Positions 19,662-29,340 of a stretch of DNA of 64,000 bases are shown here, one piece after another. The notes beneath the pieces were generated by a model. It was given only the letters and a program-made list of their open reading frames with translations. It did not search any database and was not told the DNA's origin. The position numbers and the translations under genes are program-made. The stretch comes from an uncultured Tenacibaculum sp. (GTDB taxonomy: Bacteria; Bacteroidota; Bacteroidia; Flavobacteriales; Flavobacteriaceae). How positions within the stretch are numbered: position 1 is the stretch's first letter; each line of letters opens with the position of its first letter. The stretch is from contig CANMCD010000009.1 in the NCBI GenBank assembly GCA_947496185.1, forward strand, positions 88,115-152,114, given 5' to 3'.

Positions 19662-19929
19662 GTCTATAGAGCTTCCTATTTCTTTTAGAATAATAAAAGA
19701 ATTGGATGTGTATTATCTCGCTAATCTACAGGTTAAAAAATTAACCTATAATGCCCCTTCTAACGGAGCATATGCTGTTGATTGCTCACTTAGTAGCGGA
19801 ACAACGACGACGACTTGTTATGATAGGGCTTGTGTTAGTGATGCTGTTATAGACTGTACCAATGCTGGAGGCTGTTCTACTGTATGTAATGTAGATGCTT
19901 ACTATGTACCAAAATCTTTGTCTTTATAA
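19642..19929 (+). CDS. Second 6-Cys domain ORF, possibly the frameshifted 3' half of the previous gene
   Basis: Frame open 19642-19929 (track calls TTG 19702); YAVDCS...TTC...AC...DC...GGC...VC...YVP aligns with the upstream domain. Confidence 0.6.
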   Translation: MRFAQCESIELPISFRIIKELDVYYLANLQVKKLTYNAPSNGAYAVDCSLSSGTTTTTCYDRACVSDAVIDCTNAGGCSTVCNVDAYYVPKSLSL

Positions 19930-19938
19930 TAATTTATG

Positions 19939-19974
19939 GTTGCTGTTCTTTAAAAAACGTTAAAGAGCAGCAAC
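19939..19974. terminator. Hairpin between convergent genes
   Basis: GTTGCTGTTCTTTA / TAAAGAGCAGCAAC. Confidence 0.6.
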
Positions 19975-19976
19975 TC

Positions 19977-20924
19977 CTATAAAAACATCTCCAGCACACT
20001 AAAAATAGAAAGGCTTATTAAGAAAAAGACGCAATTAAATAAGTTAAAAATAATAAATTTAAAAATTGTTTTTCCCCATCCTTGGCCATAAAATTGCTTA
20101 ACAGCAATTAACGAATAAATCAATAAAACGATTAAATCAAAAAGAAAATAGTCGTTTTCATCCATCAAGTTCAAATACTCAAAACACGATAAAATGATAT
20201 ACAAAATAAACAAGCCTGCTTGTGTATGTACTACAAAAATAACATGATGAACGTAGCTATACCCTCTCCTTATATAAAGGAACTTTAAAATCAAAGAAGA
20301 AAGCAGTAGTGTAATCAGCAATATAAATGCAAATTTAGACTGAAGCCCTTCCATATACTTATGTGGATCTTCCTCTAATAAACGAACCTTTTCTTCAAAA
20401 ACATATTGAAAGGCTCCCTTGCTATCTTTACGATTCTGGACGAACCATTCTTTCTTGGGATTTGTTTTCTTTTTTTTTCCAAAATTTAAAGTATCCCCTA
20501 GTATAACCATGCTAAAATCATCATCTATGGTATCCTTCTTTTTAACCCAATCCTTCTCGTTAAATGTTCCAGAAAATAGGCCGTCAAACTTCTCGACATT
20601 CCCCTCTACCCACATCATGAAGACCGTGACTAAGAACAAAAAAAAGTAAGCCCTAAGAGGATTCATATACCGATTTCGCCTCCCCGCTATATACTCCTTG
20701 GTTACTTTTCCCGGCTTAAATAATAACTGAGTAATTGTATTCCAAAATTTAGAATCCCATGACAAATTTTCTTTAAAAATATCTTTGATAAACCCTCCAA
20801 AAGTAAGTGATGAACCTTTGTTTTTTTGCCCACAATTTGGACAATATTTTTCATTTTTAGTAAAAGGATAGGTGCAATTTAGACATGCAAGCGTTTGCAG
20901 CTTGTCTGAACTTTTTATTTTCAT
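19977..20924 (-). CDS. DUF3667-like membrane protein
   Basis: N-terminal CLNC...YCPNCGQ zinc knuckle, LLFKPGKVTKEYIAGRR..Y..PLR, multi-TM C-terminus with HVIFVVH. Confidence 0.8.
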   Translation of the reverse strand: MKIKSSDKLQTLACLNCTYPFTKNEKYCPNCGQKNKGSSLTFGGFIKDIFKENLSWDSKFWNTITQLLFKPGKVTKEYIAGRRNRYMNPLRAYFFLFLVTVFMMWVEGNVEKFDGLFSGTFNEKDWVKKKDTIDDDFSMVILGDTLNFGKKKKTNPKKEWFVQNRKDSKGAFQYVFEEKVRLLEEDPHKYMEGLQSKFAFILLITLLLSSLILKFLYIRRGYSYVHHVIFVVHTQAGLFILYIILSCFEYLNLMDENDYFLFDLIVLLIYSLIAVKQFYGQGWGKTIFKFIIFNLFNCVFFLISLSIFSVLEMFL

Positions 20925-20928
20925 GTAT

Positions 20929-21315
20929 TTAATTTAATGTAGGTAGTGTTACCAACTGAAAAGTAGGTATGGTAACTGAAAAGCTTTCAAAAGAATGAGT
21001 ATTAACCATTTTGTATTTTCCTGACATAGCACCAATGGGAGAGATTAACAAGCAGTTAGACTTATAGCTATATACCCCATTAGGTTTAATTACAGGGGTT
21101 TGCCCAACTACTCCTTTACCATTTACATATTCAGGATTATTCAATGCATCGTGAATCACCCAAAAACGTTCTAAAAGTTGTACGGTACTTTCCGATTTAT
21201 TTTCAATGGTAATGAAGTAACTAAAAGTGTAAAACGTATCTGCTCCCCGAAACACATTTCCGTTATATTTCGTCTTAACCGAAATTTTTATTCCTTTTGT
21301 TACTTGCTGAAACAT
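20929..21315 (-). CDS. apaG: ApaG (Co2+/Mg2+ efflux-associated) protein
   Basis: YFITIEN, QLLERFWVI, GKGVVGQTP, YSYKS, GAMSGKY. Confidence 0.92.
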   Translation of the reverse strand: MFQQVTKGIKISVKTKYNGNVFRGADTFYTFSYFITIENKSESTVQLLERFWVIHDALNNPEYVNGKGVVGQTPVIKPNGVYSYKSNCLLISPIGAMSGKYKMVNTHSFESFSVTIPTFQLVTLPTLN

Positions 21316-21366
21316 GCAGTAAAAATACTATAAAATATACCCTTTTGCAACTTTTTACAAGCGTCA

Positions 21367-22590
21367 TTACCTATTTTGGTTAAAATAGCCATTCCCTACT
21401 CCTATGACGCGATCATAGACCCCACCAAATGGACGGTAATAAATAATCGCCGTATACTCATTTTCAGTTTCAAAGAAGGAGCCGTTTATTTGAGATAAAC
21501 TTACCCTATCCGTATTTAAATTTTTTAATGCATAATTATAATTATAAAAACCTTGTTTGAGTAAAATGGTCGCTTCATAATTCCTTGTTTCTCTATTATA
21601 GACCATCTTGTTCCCTTCATCTAAAGCAAAATTATTAAAAGCCCCATAGACGTAAACTTCTTTATTGGCATAGGGTTCTTCAATATAAAGTGAAAAATGT
21701 ACTAATGTATAATCTGCCTCTGTTCTTGAATCTTCTCCTTCAAGTGTATTAATAACAAAATGTCCATTGATATCAGGAGCATACGTGTACAATCTATTCG
21801 CTCTTGACTCATCTGTGAATAAATGCGTATAAAAGATATCGTTTCTTTCTACTCTTGCAATATTTAAACTCGTATTCCTCGCATATTTTGTATCAAAATT
21901 TAAGAACTCATTATTTCCCGAAAAATTGGTAAGCTGTGTATGATTATACAGTAGTTTTTGGGATTGCACAAAAACGGGAGGTATATTTCTAATTGCGGTA
22001 TTCCAATCCATATTCTGTAACAATACTGCGTTTATTTCTTGGTTGGGTGTATTGATAAATAAGTTTGGATGATGTACTGAAAACTGAACTGTCTGCTCCG
22101 TATTATTATTTGAGGTGTTTCTACTTCTAAAAACGGCTACTCCGACATTAGTTCTATCCTCATAGAAAACACATCTCCTACTAAAAACTACTTCATAATC
22201 TTCATCTAAAACAGAAATTAAATAGTTGCCACTTTTGGTAATAATTGTATTATCATTGGGTAATTGCACCGAATAATGTGTGTAAGGTTGAAGTGTATTA
22301 AATGAATTTGTTACCTCTATAATTGTATTTTCATCAAACCCATTTATATACTGATTACTAGTTAAATTACTCCGCTCCCAATCATGTGTCATGTGCTCAA
22401 TCTTATAAGAGTATTCTTTATTATCTGCGTCCAAATCATCAAAGGATAATTCCAAAATTTTTCCTAACTTTACTATAGGAGTAAAATTTTTTGGTTCCTG
22501 CAATGGTCGTAATTGAATTGTTTGTATATTCTGACTAATCAAAGCCTTACAGACAACCATTAGTAATAGTACCAGTTTATTTTTCTTCAT
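21367..22590 (-). CDS. DUF5103 / probable type IX secretion plug protein
   Basis: Signal peptide from MKKNK (22590); LSFDDL, YTHY, FSGNNEFLNFDTK, LKQGFYNYNY, ETENEY motifs; family assignment from recall. Confidence 0.6.
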   Translation of the reverse strand: MKKNKLVLLLMVVCKALISQNIQTIQLRPLQEPKNFTPIVKLGKILELSFDDLDADNKEYSYKIEHMTHDWERSNLTSNQYINGFDENTIIEVTNSFNTLQPYTHYSVQLPNDNTIITKSGNYLISVLDEDYEVVFSRRCVFYEDRTNVGVAVFRSRNTSNNNTEQTVQFSVHHPNLFINTPNQEINAVLLQNMDWNTAIRNIPPVFVQSQKLLYNHTQLTNFSGNNEFLNFDTKYARNTSLNIARVERNDIFYTHLFTDESRANRLYTYAPDINGHFVINTLEGEDSRTEADYTLVHFSLYIEEPYANKEVYVYGAFNNFALDEGNKMVYNRETRNYEATILLKQGFYNYNYALKNLNTDRVSLSQINGSFFETENEYTAIIYYRPFGGVYDRVIGVGNGYFNQNR

Positions 22591-22708
22591 AGTTGGTAAA
22601 TATATCAATTTATGCGCCAAAAACGTTTATTTTATTTAGAATTGATATAAATAAACGGGTTTATATAAGATAAAAAAGTTTTTGCCTGATTGTGGTTTTC
22701 AAAATTTA

Positions 22709-22716
22709 TAAATTTG
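22709..22716 (+). promoter_or_regulatory. Bacteroidota -7 promoter element for the nqr operon
   Basis: TAAATTTG matches TAnnTTTG, 36 bp before nqrA ATG. Confidence 0.6.
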
Positions 22717-22752
22717 CGTGTTTTTTAAGAAAATCAATTCAATTCATTTACT

Positions 22753-24105
22753 ATGTCAAAGGACATCCGTATTAAAAAAGGCTTGAACATCAAGCTTGTT
22801 GGTGAGGCAGAGCAAATGACTACCGATCTTCCTTTAGGTAGCCTCTTTGCAGTAAAACCAGATGATTTTCACGGCGTAATTCCCAAAATTTTAGCAAAAG
22901 AAGGTACTGAAGTAAAAGCTGGAGAAGCACTTTTCTATGACAAGAGTGACGAGCGTATTTTATTTCCAAGCCCTGTTAGCGGGAAAGTTACAGAAATCGT
23001 TCGTGGAGCTAGAAGAAAAGTTTTAGCAATTAAAGTAACTGCTAATGGAAAGCAGGAATACAAAGATTTTGGCAGTAAAAATGTTGATTCTTTATCTGAA
23101 CAAGAGGTAAAAGATCATCTTTTTGCTTCGGGGTGTTGGCCTTTTATAAAGCAACGTCCTTATGATGTGGTAGCAAACCCTAATCAAAAGCCAAAAGCTA
23201 TTTTTGTATCTGCTTATGCAAGTGCACCGTTAGCTACTGATGTTGACTATGCACTAAAAGGTAAAGAACAAGCTATACAAACAGCTTTAACTGCCTTGAC
23301 AAAACTTACTGATGGTAAGGTGCATGTTTCCATAGCTAAAAACGCAACATTATCACCTTTCAAAGAGCTAAAAGGGGTTGAAACTCACAAAATTTCAGGA
23401 CCTCATCCTATTGGAAATGTAAGTACGCAGATAGCACACATCGACCCTATTAACAAAGGAGAGGTGGTATGGGTAGTTACTCCTCAGGATTTAGTAGTTA
23501 TTGGAGAATTGTTCTTAACGGGTAAGCTTAACCTTACAAGAACTATTGCTTTAACAGGTTCTAAGTTTACAAAACCTCAGTATGTAACCGTAGTTGCAGG
23601 CGCACAAATAGGAGCGATAACAAAAGACTATTTAGATGCAGACAATGCTCGTATCATCAGTGGAAATATTTTAAGTGGTAAGCAGGTTACTGAAGAAGGT
23701 TTCTTAGGCTATTATGATAATCAAATTACGTCGATCCCCGAAGGAGATGACTATGAGTTTTTTGGTTGGAACAAACCTGTTTTCAATAAAATATCACCAT
23801 CGAGAGCTTTGACCTTTTCTTGGTTGAGCCCAAATAAAAAATACGATCTGAATACCAATACTAATGGAGAACACAGAGCTTTTGTAGTTACTGGTTCTTA
23901 TGAAGAGGTATTCCCTTTAGATATTTATCCTTTACAACTGTTAAAAGCTTGTATGTATAAGGATCTTGATGAAATGGAAGGATTAGGAGCTTATGAAATT
24001 GCTCCAGAGGATTTTGCCTTGACTGAATTTATTTGTGTTTCTAAACAACCGCATCAAAAAATCATTCGTGAAGGATTGGATTTAATGAGAGCAGAATTAG
24101 GATAA
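22753..24105 (+). CDS. nqrA: Na+-translocating NADH:quinone reductase subunit A
   Basis: IRIKKGLNI, GPHPIGNV, LEIAPEDF-like EIAPEDFAL, FICVSK. Confidence 0.96.
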   Translation: MSKDIRIKKGLNIKLVGEAEQMTTDLPLGSLFAVKPDDFHGVIPKILAKEGTEVKAGEALFYDKSDERILFPSPVSGKVTEIVRGARRKVLAIKVTANGKQEYKDFGSKNVDSLSEQEVKDHLFASGCWPFIKQRPYDVVANPNQKPKAIFVSAYASAPLATDVDYALKGKEQAIQTALTALTKLTDGKVHVSIAKNATLSPFKELKGVETHKISGPHPIGNVSTQIAHIDPINKGEVVWVVTPQDLVVIGELFLTGKLNLTRTIALTGSKFTKPQYVTVVAGAQIGAITKDYLDADNARIISGNILSGKQVTEEGFLGYYDNQITSIPEGDDYEFFGWNKPVFNKISPSRALTFSWLSPNKKYDLNTNTNGEHRAFVVTGSYEEVFPLDIYPLQLLKACMYKDLDEMEGLGAYEIAPEDFALTEFICVSKQPHQKIIREGLDLMRAELG

Positions 24106-24108
24106 GAT

Positions 24109-25314
24109 ATGAGCTTAAAACAAAAACTACATAATTTAAAGAAAAAATATGAAGGCACTAAAATGGCTCCGCTATTTAATGGTTTTCATACATTTTTATA
24201 TTTGCCTAATGAGACAACTCACGGAGGAACTCATATAAAGGCAGCAGATGACCTTAAACGTACTATGAACACTGTTATTTTGGCTTTAGTGCCTTGCTTG
24301 ATATTTGGTATGTTTAATGCAGGTTATCAACACCATGCAGCCATCAACGGATTCACCGAAGGGATGTCTTTTTTTAGCAGTGAATTTTGGAACTTAGACA
24401 ACTTATTGGTAGGTGCTGTTAAGGTACTTCCTTTAGTGATTGTTTCTTACGTTGTTGGTCTAGCGATTGAATTTATTTTCTGTATCATCAAAGGTCATGA
24501 AATAGAGGAAGGATATTTAGTTACAGGGATGTTAGTTCCTTTAATCGTACCTATAGATTTACCTTTATGGATGTTGGCTGTAGCCGTAGCTTTTGGTGTT
24601 GTTATCGGAAAAGAGGTATTCGGAGGTACTGGAATGAACATTTTGAACCCAGCTTTAACCATACGTGCTTTTTTATTCTTTGCTTACCCTACTTGGATGT
24701 CGGGTGATAAGGTATGGGTACATGAAGCAGTAGAAAGAGCAGGTAATGCTGATGCTATTTCTGGAGAAACGATTTTAGGTAGTTTAGCACAAAATGCAGC
24801 ACCTAACTTCACTACTTCTGACATGTTCTTTGGTTTTATACCAGGTTCCGTTGGTGAAACTTCTACTTTCTTGATTCTTTTAGGTGCATTGTTTTTAATC
24901 TTTACTAAAATCGGAAGTTGGAGAATTATGTTATCTTCTGTTATCGGTGCTTTGGTAATGGGCTTCATCTTTAATCAAGTAGCAAGTGCTGGTATCATTA
25001 CGGAAACAAGCAAATTTTATGGATTAATGAGCTTAGACTTTTGGAAACATTTACTTATTGGTGGATTTGCTTTTGGAGCTGTATATATGGCGACAGACCC
25101 TGTGACTGCTTCACAAACAAATAAAGGAAAATGGATTTACGGATTTTTAATCGGATTTATCTCGATTATGATACGTGTATTCAACCCTGCATACCCTGAA
25201 GGTGTAATGTTAGCAATTCTGTTAATGAATGTTTTTGCACCGACTATTGATCATTATGTGGTTCAAGGAAATGTAAAGAAGAGATTGAAACGTTTAAAAG
25301 CTAAAACTGCCTAA
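24109..25314 (+). CDS. nqrB: Na+-NQR subunit B
   Basis: DDLKRTM, KEVFGGTG, DAISGET (FMN site), AYPEGVM. Confidence 0.96.
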   Translation: MSLKQKLHNLKKKYEGTKMAPLFNGFHTFLYLPNETTHGGTHIKAADDLKRTMNTVILALVPCLIFGMFNAGYQHHAAINGFTEGMSFFSSEFWNLDNLLVGAVKVLPLVIVSYVVGLAIEFIFCIIKGHEIEEGYLVTGMLVPLIVPIDLPLWMLAVAVAFGVVIGKEVFGGTGMNILNPALTIRAFLFFAYPTWMSGDKVWVHEAVERAGNADAISGETILGSLAQNAAPNFTTSDMFFGFIPGSVGETSTFLILLGALFLIFTKIGSWRIMLSSVIGALVMGFIFNQVASAGIITETSKFYGLMSLDFWKHLLIGGFAFGAVYMATDPVTASQTNKGKWIYGFLIGFISIMIRVFNPAYPEGVMLAILLMNVFAPTIDHYVVQGNVKKRLKRLKAKTA

Positions 25315-25316
25315 TC

Positions 25317-26057
25317 ATGAGTAAGAAAACAGACAGTAATTTATATACAGTACTTTTTGCCATAGGAATGGTATTAGTGGTGGGGGCTTTACTAGCCTTT
25401 ACAGCTTCTTCACTTCGCCCAATGATTGACGGGAATAAGCGTATTGAAAAGCAACAAAATATTTTATATGCGATGGGCGTTAATGAAAATGACGAGACGA
25501 GCATAACTTTTGTTTCTAAAGATAAAGTAGCCGATATTTTTACAAAATATATCAAAAAACAAATTATCATCGAGGGAACTAATGTTACTGAAAATGATAA
25601 AGCCTATTTAATAGATGTTAAAAAGCAACAAACTTTAGCCAAAGAAGGTCAAACTAGAAAACTACCTCTTTTTATTGGTGAAAAAGAAGGAAAAACCTTC
25701 TATATCGCTCCAATTAGAGGTAAAGGACTATGGGACGCCATCTGGGGATATATTGCAATGGATAAAAACATGGTTGTTCAAGGAGTATTCTTCGATCACA
25801 AAGGAGAGACACCTGGTTTAGGTGCTAACATAAAGCAACGTTATTTTATGGATGATTTTGCAGGAGAGGACTTAATGAAAGATGGAGTTTTTACTGGAAT
25901 TAAAGTAGCAAAAGGAAATAATGACCCAAAAAATCAAGATAAAAATGATAATGAGGTTGATGCTATTGCTGGTGCTACAATTACAGGTGATGGAGTATCT
26001 GCCATGATTAAATCTGAATTAGTACAATACGTACCTTACTTTAAAACATTAAAATAA
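25317..26057 (+). CDS. nqrC: Na+-NQR subunit C
   Basis: GKGLW, HKGETPGLGA, DAIAGATITG. Confidence 0.96.
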   Translation: MSKKTDSNLYTVLFAIGMVLVVGALLAFTASSLRPMIDGNKRIEKQQNILYAMGVNENDETSITFVSKDKVADIFTKYIKKQIIIEGTNVTENDKAYLIDVKKQQTLAKEGQTRKLPLFIGEKEGKTFYIAPIRGKGLWDAIWGYIAMDKNMVVQGVFFDHKGETPGLGANIKQRYFMDDFAGEDLMKDGVFTGIKVAKGNNDPKNQDKNDNEVDAIAGATITGDGVSAMIKSELVQYVPYFKTLK

Positions 26058-26059
26058 CT

Positions 26060-26704
26060 ATGGGACTATTATCAAAAAAAGATGCGGCTTTAATAAAAGA
26101 TCCATTAGCAGATAACAACCCTATTACCATTCAAGTATTAGGTATTTGTTCTGCGTTAGCGATTACAGCCGAATTAAAAGCATCAATAGTGATGTCTATT
26201 TCAGTACTATTTGTATTGGGTGTTGGAAATGTTGTTATCTCTTTAATAAGAAATATTATTCCTTCAAAGATTCGAATTATAGTACAATTAATTGTTGTTG
26301 CAGCACTTGTAATTATTGTTGATCAGGTACTAAAAGCTTTTGCCTACGAGCTAAGTAAAACGTTATCTGTTTTTGTTGGATTAATCATTACAAACTGTAT
26401 TATCATGGGGCGTTTTGAAGCCTTTGCTTTAGGTAATGGCCCATGGAGATCATTCTTAGATGGTATTGGAAATGCATTAGGATACGCTGTAATCTTGATT
26501 ATGGTTGGTTTTTTCAGAGAATTATTAGGTTCTGGTACCTTATTAGGATTTAAAGTACTAGGAGATCCTATTGAAAAGACAGGTCTTTATGCTCTTGGAT
26601 ATGAGAACAATGGTTTTATGTTATTATCACCAATGGCATTGATTGTAGTGGGTATTATTATCTGGGTTCAACGTAGTAGAAACAAAGCATTAATCGAAGA
26701 CTAA
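26060..26704 (+). CDS. nqrD: Na+-NQR subunit D
   Basis: NNPITIQVLGICSALA, LIITNCIIMGR. Confidence 0.96.
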   Translation: MGLLSKKDAALIKDPLADNNPITIQVLGICSALAITAELKASIVMSISVLFVLGVGNVVISLIRNIIPSKIRIIVQLIVVAALVIIVDQVLKAFAYELSKTLSVFVGLIITNCIIMGRFEAFALGNGPWRSFLDGIGNALGYAVILIMVGFFRELLGSGTLLGFKVLGDPIEKTGLYALGYENNGFMLLSPMALIVVGIIIWVQRSRNKALIED

Positions 26705-26743
26705 AAAACGAATGTTTTAAAGTTTCTTTAAAAGAAATAAGAG

Positions 26744-27487
26744 ATGGAATTATTAGAATTATTTTTCAAATCGATATTTATAGACAACATGGTATTTGCT
26801 ACGTTCTTAGGAATGTGTTCATACCTTGCGATCTCCAAAAAAGTATCTACTTCCGTAGGTATGGGAGCAGCTGTAATTTTTGTACTTGCTGTAACTGTAC
26901 CTGTAAACTGGTTGTTAGATCAATATATATTAAGAGCAGGTGCTTTATCTTGGTTGGGTGCTGAATATGCTGATTATGATTTAAGCTTCTTGTCTTTTAT
27001 CATGTTTATTGCAACGATTGCAACCATGGTACAATTAGTAGAAATCATTGTAGAAAAATTTGCGCCAGCATTGTATAACTCATTGGGTATTTTCTTACCA
27101 CTTATCGCAGTAAACTGTGCGATATTGGGAGGCTCATTATTTATGCAGTCTCGTGAAATCCCAACCTTTAGTCAATCTTTTGTTTACGGTATCGGATCAG
27201 GAATCGGTTGGTTTTTAGCCATTCTTTCTATTGCTGCTATTCGTGAAAAGATTCGCTATTCTGCAGTTCCTCCTGCATTAAGAGGTTTAGGAATTACGTT
27301 TATTATCACTGGACTAATGGCTATTGGTTTTATGAGTTTTGGTGGAATGTTAACTGGAGGTGATGATGCTAGTAAAAAAGAGGAAACTCAAAAAGCCGAA
27401 ACTGAAGTTAAGGTTGAAGATCAGAAAGACTTAACCAAAAAAGAGGTAAAAGAATTAGCTACTAACACTAAAGAAATTACAGAATAA
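26744..27487 (+). CDS. nqrE: Na+-NQR subunit E (charged C-terminal extension)
   Basis: [26 protein letters not shown]. Confidence 0.96.
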   Translation: MELLELFFKSIFIDNMVFATFLGMCSYLAISKKVSTSVGMGAAVIFVLAVTVPVNWLLDQYILRAGALSWLGAEYADYDLSFLSFIMFIATIATMVQLVEIIVEKFAPALYNSLGIFLPLIAVNCAILGGSLFMQSREIPTFSQSFVYGIGSGIGWFLAILSIAAIREKIRYSAVPPALRGLGITFIITGLMAIGFMSFGGMLTGGDDASKKEETQKAETEVKVEDQKDLTKKEVKELATNTKEITE

Positions 27488-28797
27488 TGATAGTATTACA
27501 AGCAAGTACAGGAGGAACGGTTCTAATCACAGTATTAGCCTTCCTAGCAGTAATTTTATTATTGGTGGCTTTATTATTATTTGTAAAGCAAAAATTAGCA
27601 CCATCTGGTCCTGTTAAAATTACTATTAATAATGATAAAACCATTGAAGTTCCTTCTGGTGGTACATTATTATCTACTTTAGGTAATGAAAAAATATTTT
27701 TACCCTCTGCATGTGGAGGTGGTGGTTCTTGTGTACAATGTGAGTGTCATGTAAACTCTGGGGGTGGTGAAGCACTTCCTACAGAAACACCTCACTTTAC
27801 ACGTAAAGAATTACAACACGGTATTCGTTTAGCATGTCAGGTAAAAGTAAAGCAAGATATGGATATCTCGATTCCAGAAGAAATCTTTGGAATTAAGAAA
27901 TGGGAAGCAACCGTAGTTAGAAACTATAATGTAGCTTCTTTTATCAAAGAATTTGTAGTAGAGATTCCAGAAGACATGAATTATAAAGCAGGAGGATATA
28001 TTCAGATTGAAATCCCTCGTTGTGAGGTTAAGTTTTCTGATATGGATATCACTGCACACCCTGAAGAGCATGAAACACCTGATAAGTTTCAATTGGAATG
28101 GGATAAATTTGGTTTATGGCCTTTAGTAATGAAAAACGACGAATTGGTTGAAAGAGCTTACTCAATGGCTTCTTACCCTGCCGAAGGTCGTGAAATCATG
28201 TTAAACGTTCGTATTGCAACCCCACCATGGGATAGAGCTAAAAATGGATGGATGGATGTAAATCCTGGGATTGCTTCATCGTATGTTTTCTCTCGTAAAA
28301 AAGGAGATAAAGTAACTATTTCTGGGCCTTACGGTGAGTTCTTCATTAATGAATCAGAAGCTGAAATGTTATATGTAGGTGGAGGAGCTGGAATGGCACC
28401 AATGCGTTCTCATTTATATCACCTATTCAAAACATTAAGAACAGGAAGAAAAGTTTCTTATTGGTACGGAGGGCGTTCTAAACGTGAGTTGTTCTATTTA
28501 GAACATTTCTGGGCATTAGAAAAAGAATTCCCTAACTTCCGTTTCCATATTGCCTTATCTGAACCTTTAGAGGAAGATAATTGGAAAGTTAAAGATAGTT
28601 TAGATGCTGAAGGTGACGGGTTCGTTGGATTTGTTCATAATTGTGTTATTGACAACTACTTGAGTAAACACGATTCGCCTGAAGATATTGAATTGTACTT
28701 CTGTGGCCCACCACTGATGAACAAAGCGGTACAAAAAATGGGAGAAGATTTTGGACTCCCTGATGAAAATATTCGTTTTGACGATTTTGGAGGTTAA
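27487..28797 (+). CDS. nqrF: Na+-NQR subunit F
   Basis: 2Fe-2S SACGGGGSCVQC, RLACQ, RAYSMA, GGGAGMAP, CGPP, RFDDFGG. Confidence 0.97.
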   Translation: MIVLQASTGGTVLITVLAFLAVILLLVALLLFVKQKLAPSGPVKITINNDKTIEVPSGGTLLSTLGNEKIFLPSACGGGGSCVQCECHVNSGGGEALPTETPHFTRKELQHGIRLACQVKVKQDMDISIPEEIFGIKKWEATVVRNYNVASFIKEFVVEIPEDMNYKAGGYIQIEIPRCEVKFSDMDITAHPEEHETPDKFQLEWDKFGLWPLVMKNDELVERAYSMASYPAEGREIMLNVRIATPPWDRAKNGWMDVNPGIASSYVFSRKKGDKVTISGPYGEFFINESEAEMLYVGGGAGMAPMRSHLYHLFKTLRTGRKVSYWYGGRSKRELFYLEHFWALEKEFPNFRFHIALSEPLEEDNWKVKDSLDAEGDGFVGFVHNCVIDNYLSKHDSPEDIELYFCGPPLMNKAVQKMGEDFGLPDENIRFDDFGG

Positions 28798-28800
28798 AAC

Positions 28801-28843
28801 AAATAAAAAAAACCGAAGCAATTGCTTCGGTTTTTTTTATTTG
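28801..28843 (+). terminator. Intrinsic terminator of nqr operon
   Basis: AAAAAAAACCGAAGC-AATT-GCTTCGGTTTTTTTT. Confidence 0.9.
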
Positions 28844-28945
28844 TTTTAAATCCTTACACCTCTATACAACCACTACATATTTGCCTGTATTTCATATAAT
28901 TACTATATTTATAAAACCTATTACTTTATAAATTGAAATAACTAT

Positions 28946-29095
28946 ATGAACTGTCCGACATGTCATTCAAGATGCTATAAAAGAATCAGAAGAAATTTTA
29001 TTGAAAGATTTTTCTTTATGCCCAAAAAATATAAGTGTGGAAAATGTAAAACAAAATTTTACAAAAGCTTCTATAAACAACAGGTTAAAGCATAA
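28946..29095 (+). CDS. 49-aa zinc-ribbon-like small protein
   Basis: MNCPTCHSRCYKRIRRNFIERFFFMPKKYKCGKCKTKFYKSFYKQQVKA; two CxxC pairs; below ORF-track cutoff. Confidence 0.6.
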   Translation: MNCPTCHSRCYKRIRRNFIERFFFMPKKYKCGKCKTKFYKSFYKQQVKA

Positions 29096-29340
29096 ATACT
29101 TTCAATCAGTATAATTAAACCCAACTTACATACTAAAAAAGATTATGGCTTGATATGATTTCAAAGTCTATTTTTTGGTGCTATCTAGAATCAAAAAACA
29201 CTTGGCAATATTACACTATCAAAGCTATAATAGATGGTGTGTGTTAAAAAAGCACCACTTAATCTTTTTGTTTGAGAAGATCTTACATAATTCGGAAAAC
29301 CTATTTCAGAAAGTGTACCTTTGTCAAAATTTACTATAAG

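Noticed and set aside
19143-19929. Cys/Thr/Ser-rich segments as lanthipeptide or other RiPP precursors
   Set aside because: No modification enzyme, protease or transporter nearby; the first ORF has a lipobox, better fitting a disulfide-rich lipoprotein
22753-28797. nqr operon, and the ACIII-aa3 genes at 59528-64000, as novel systems
   Set aside because: Standard, well-described respiratory complexes of marine Bacteroidota
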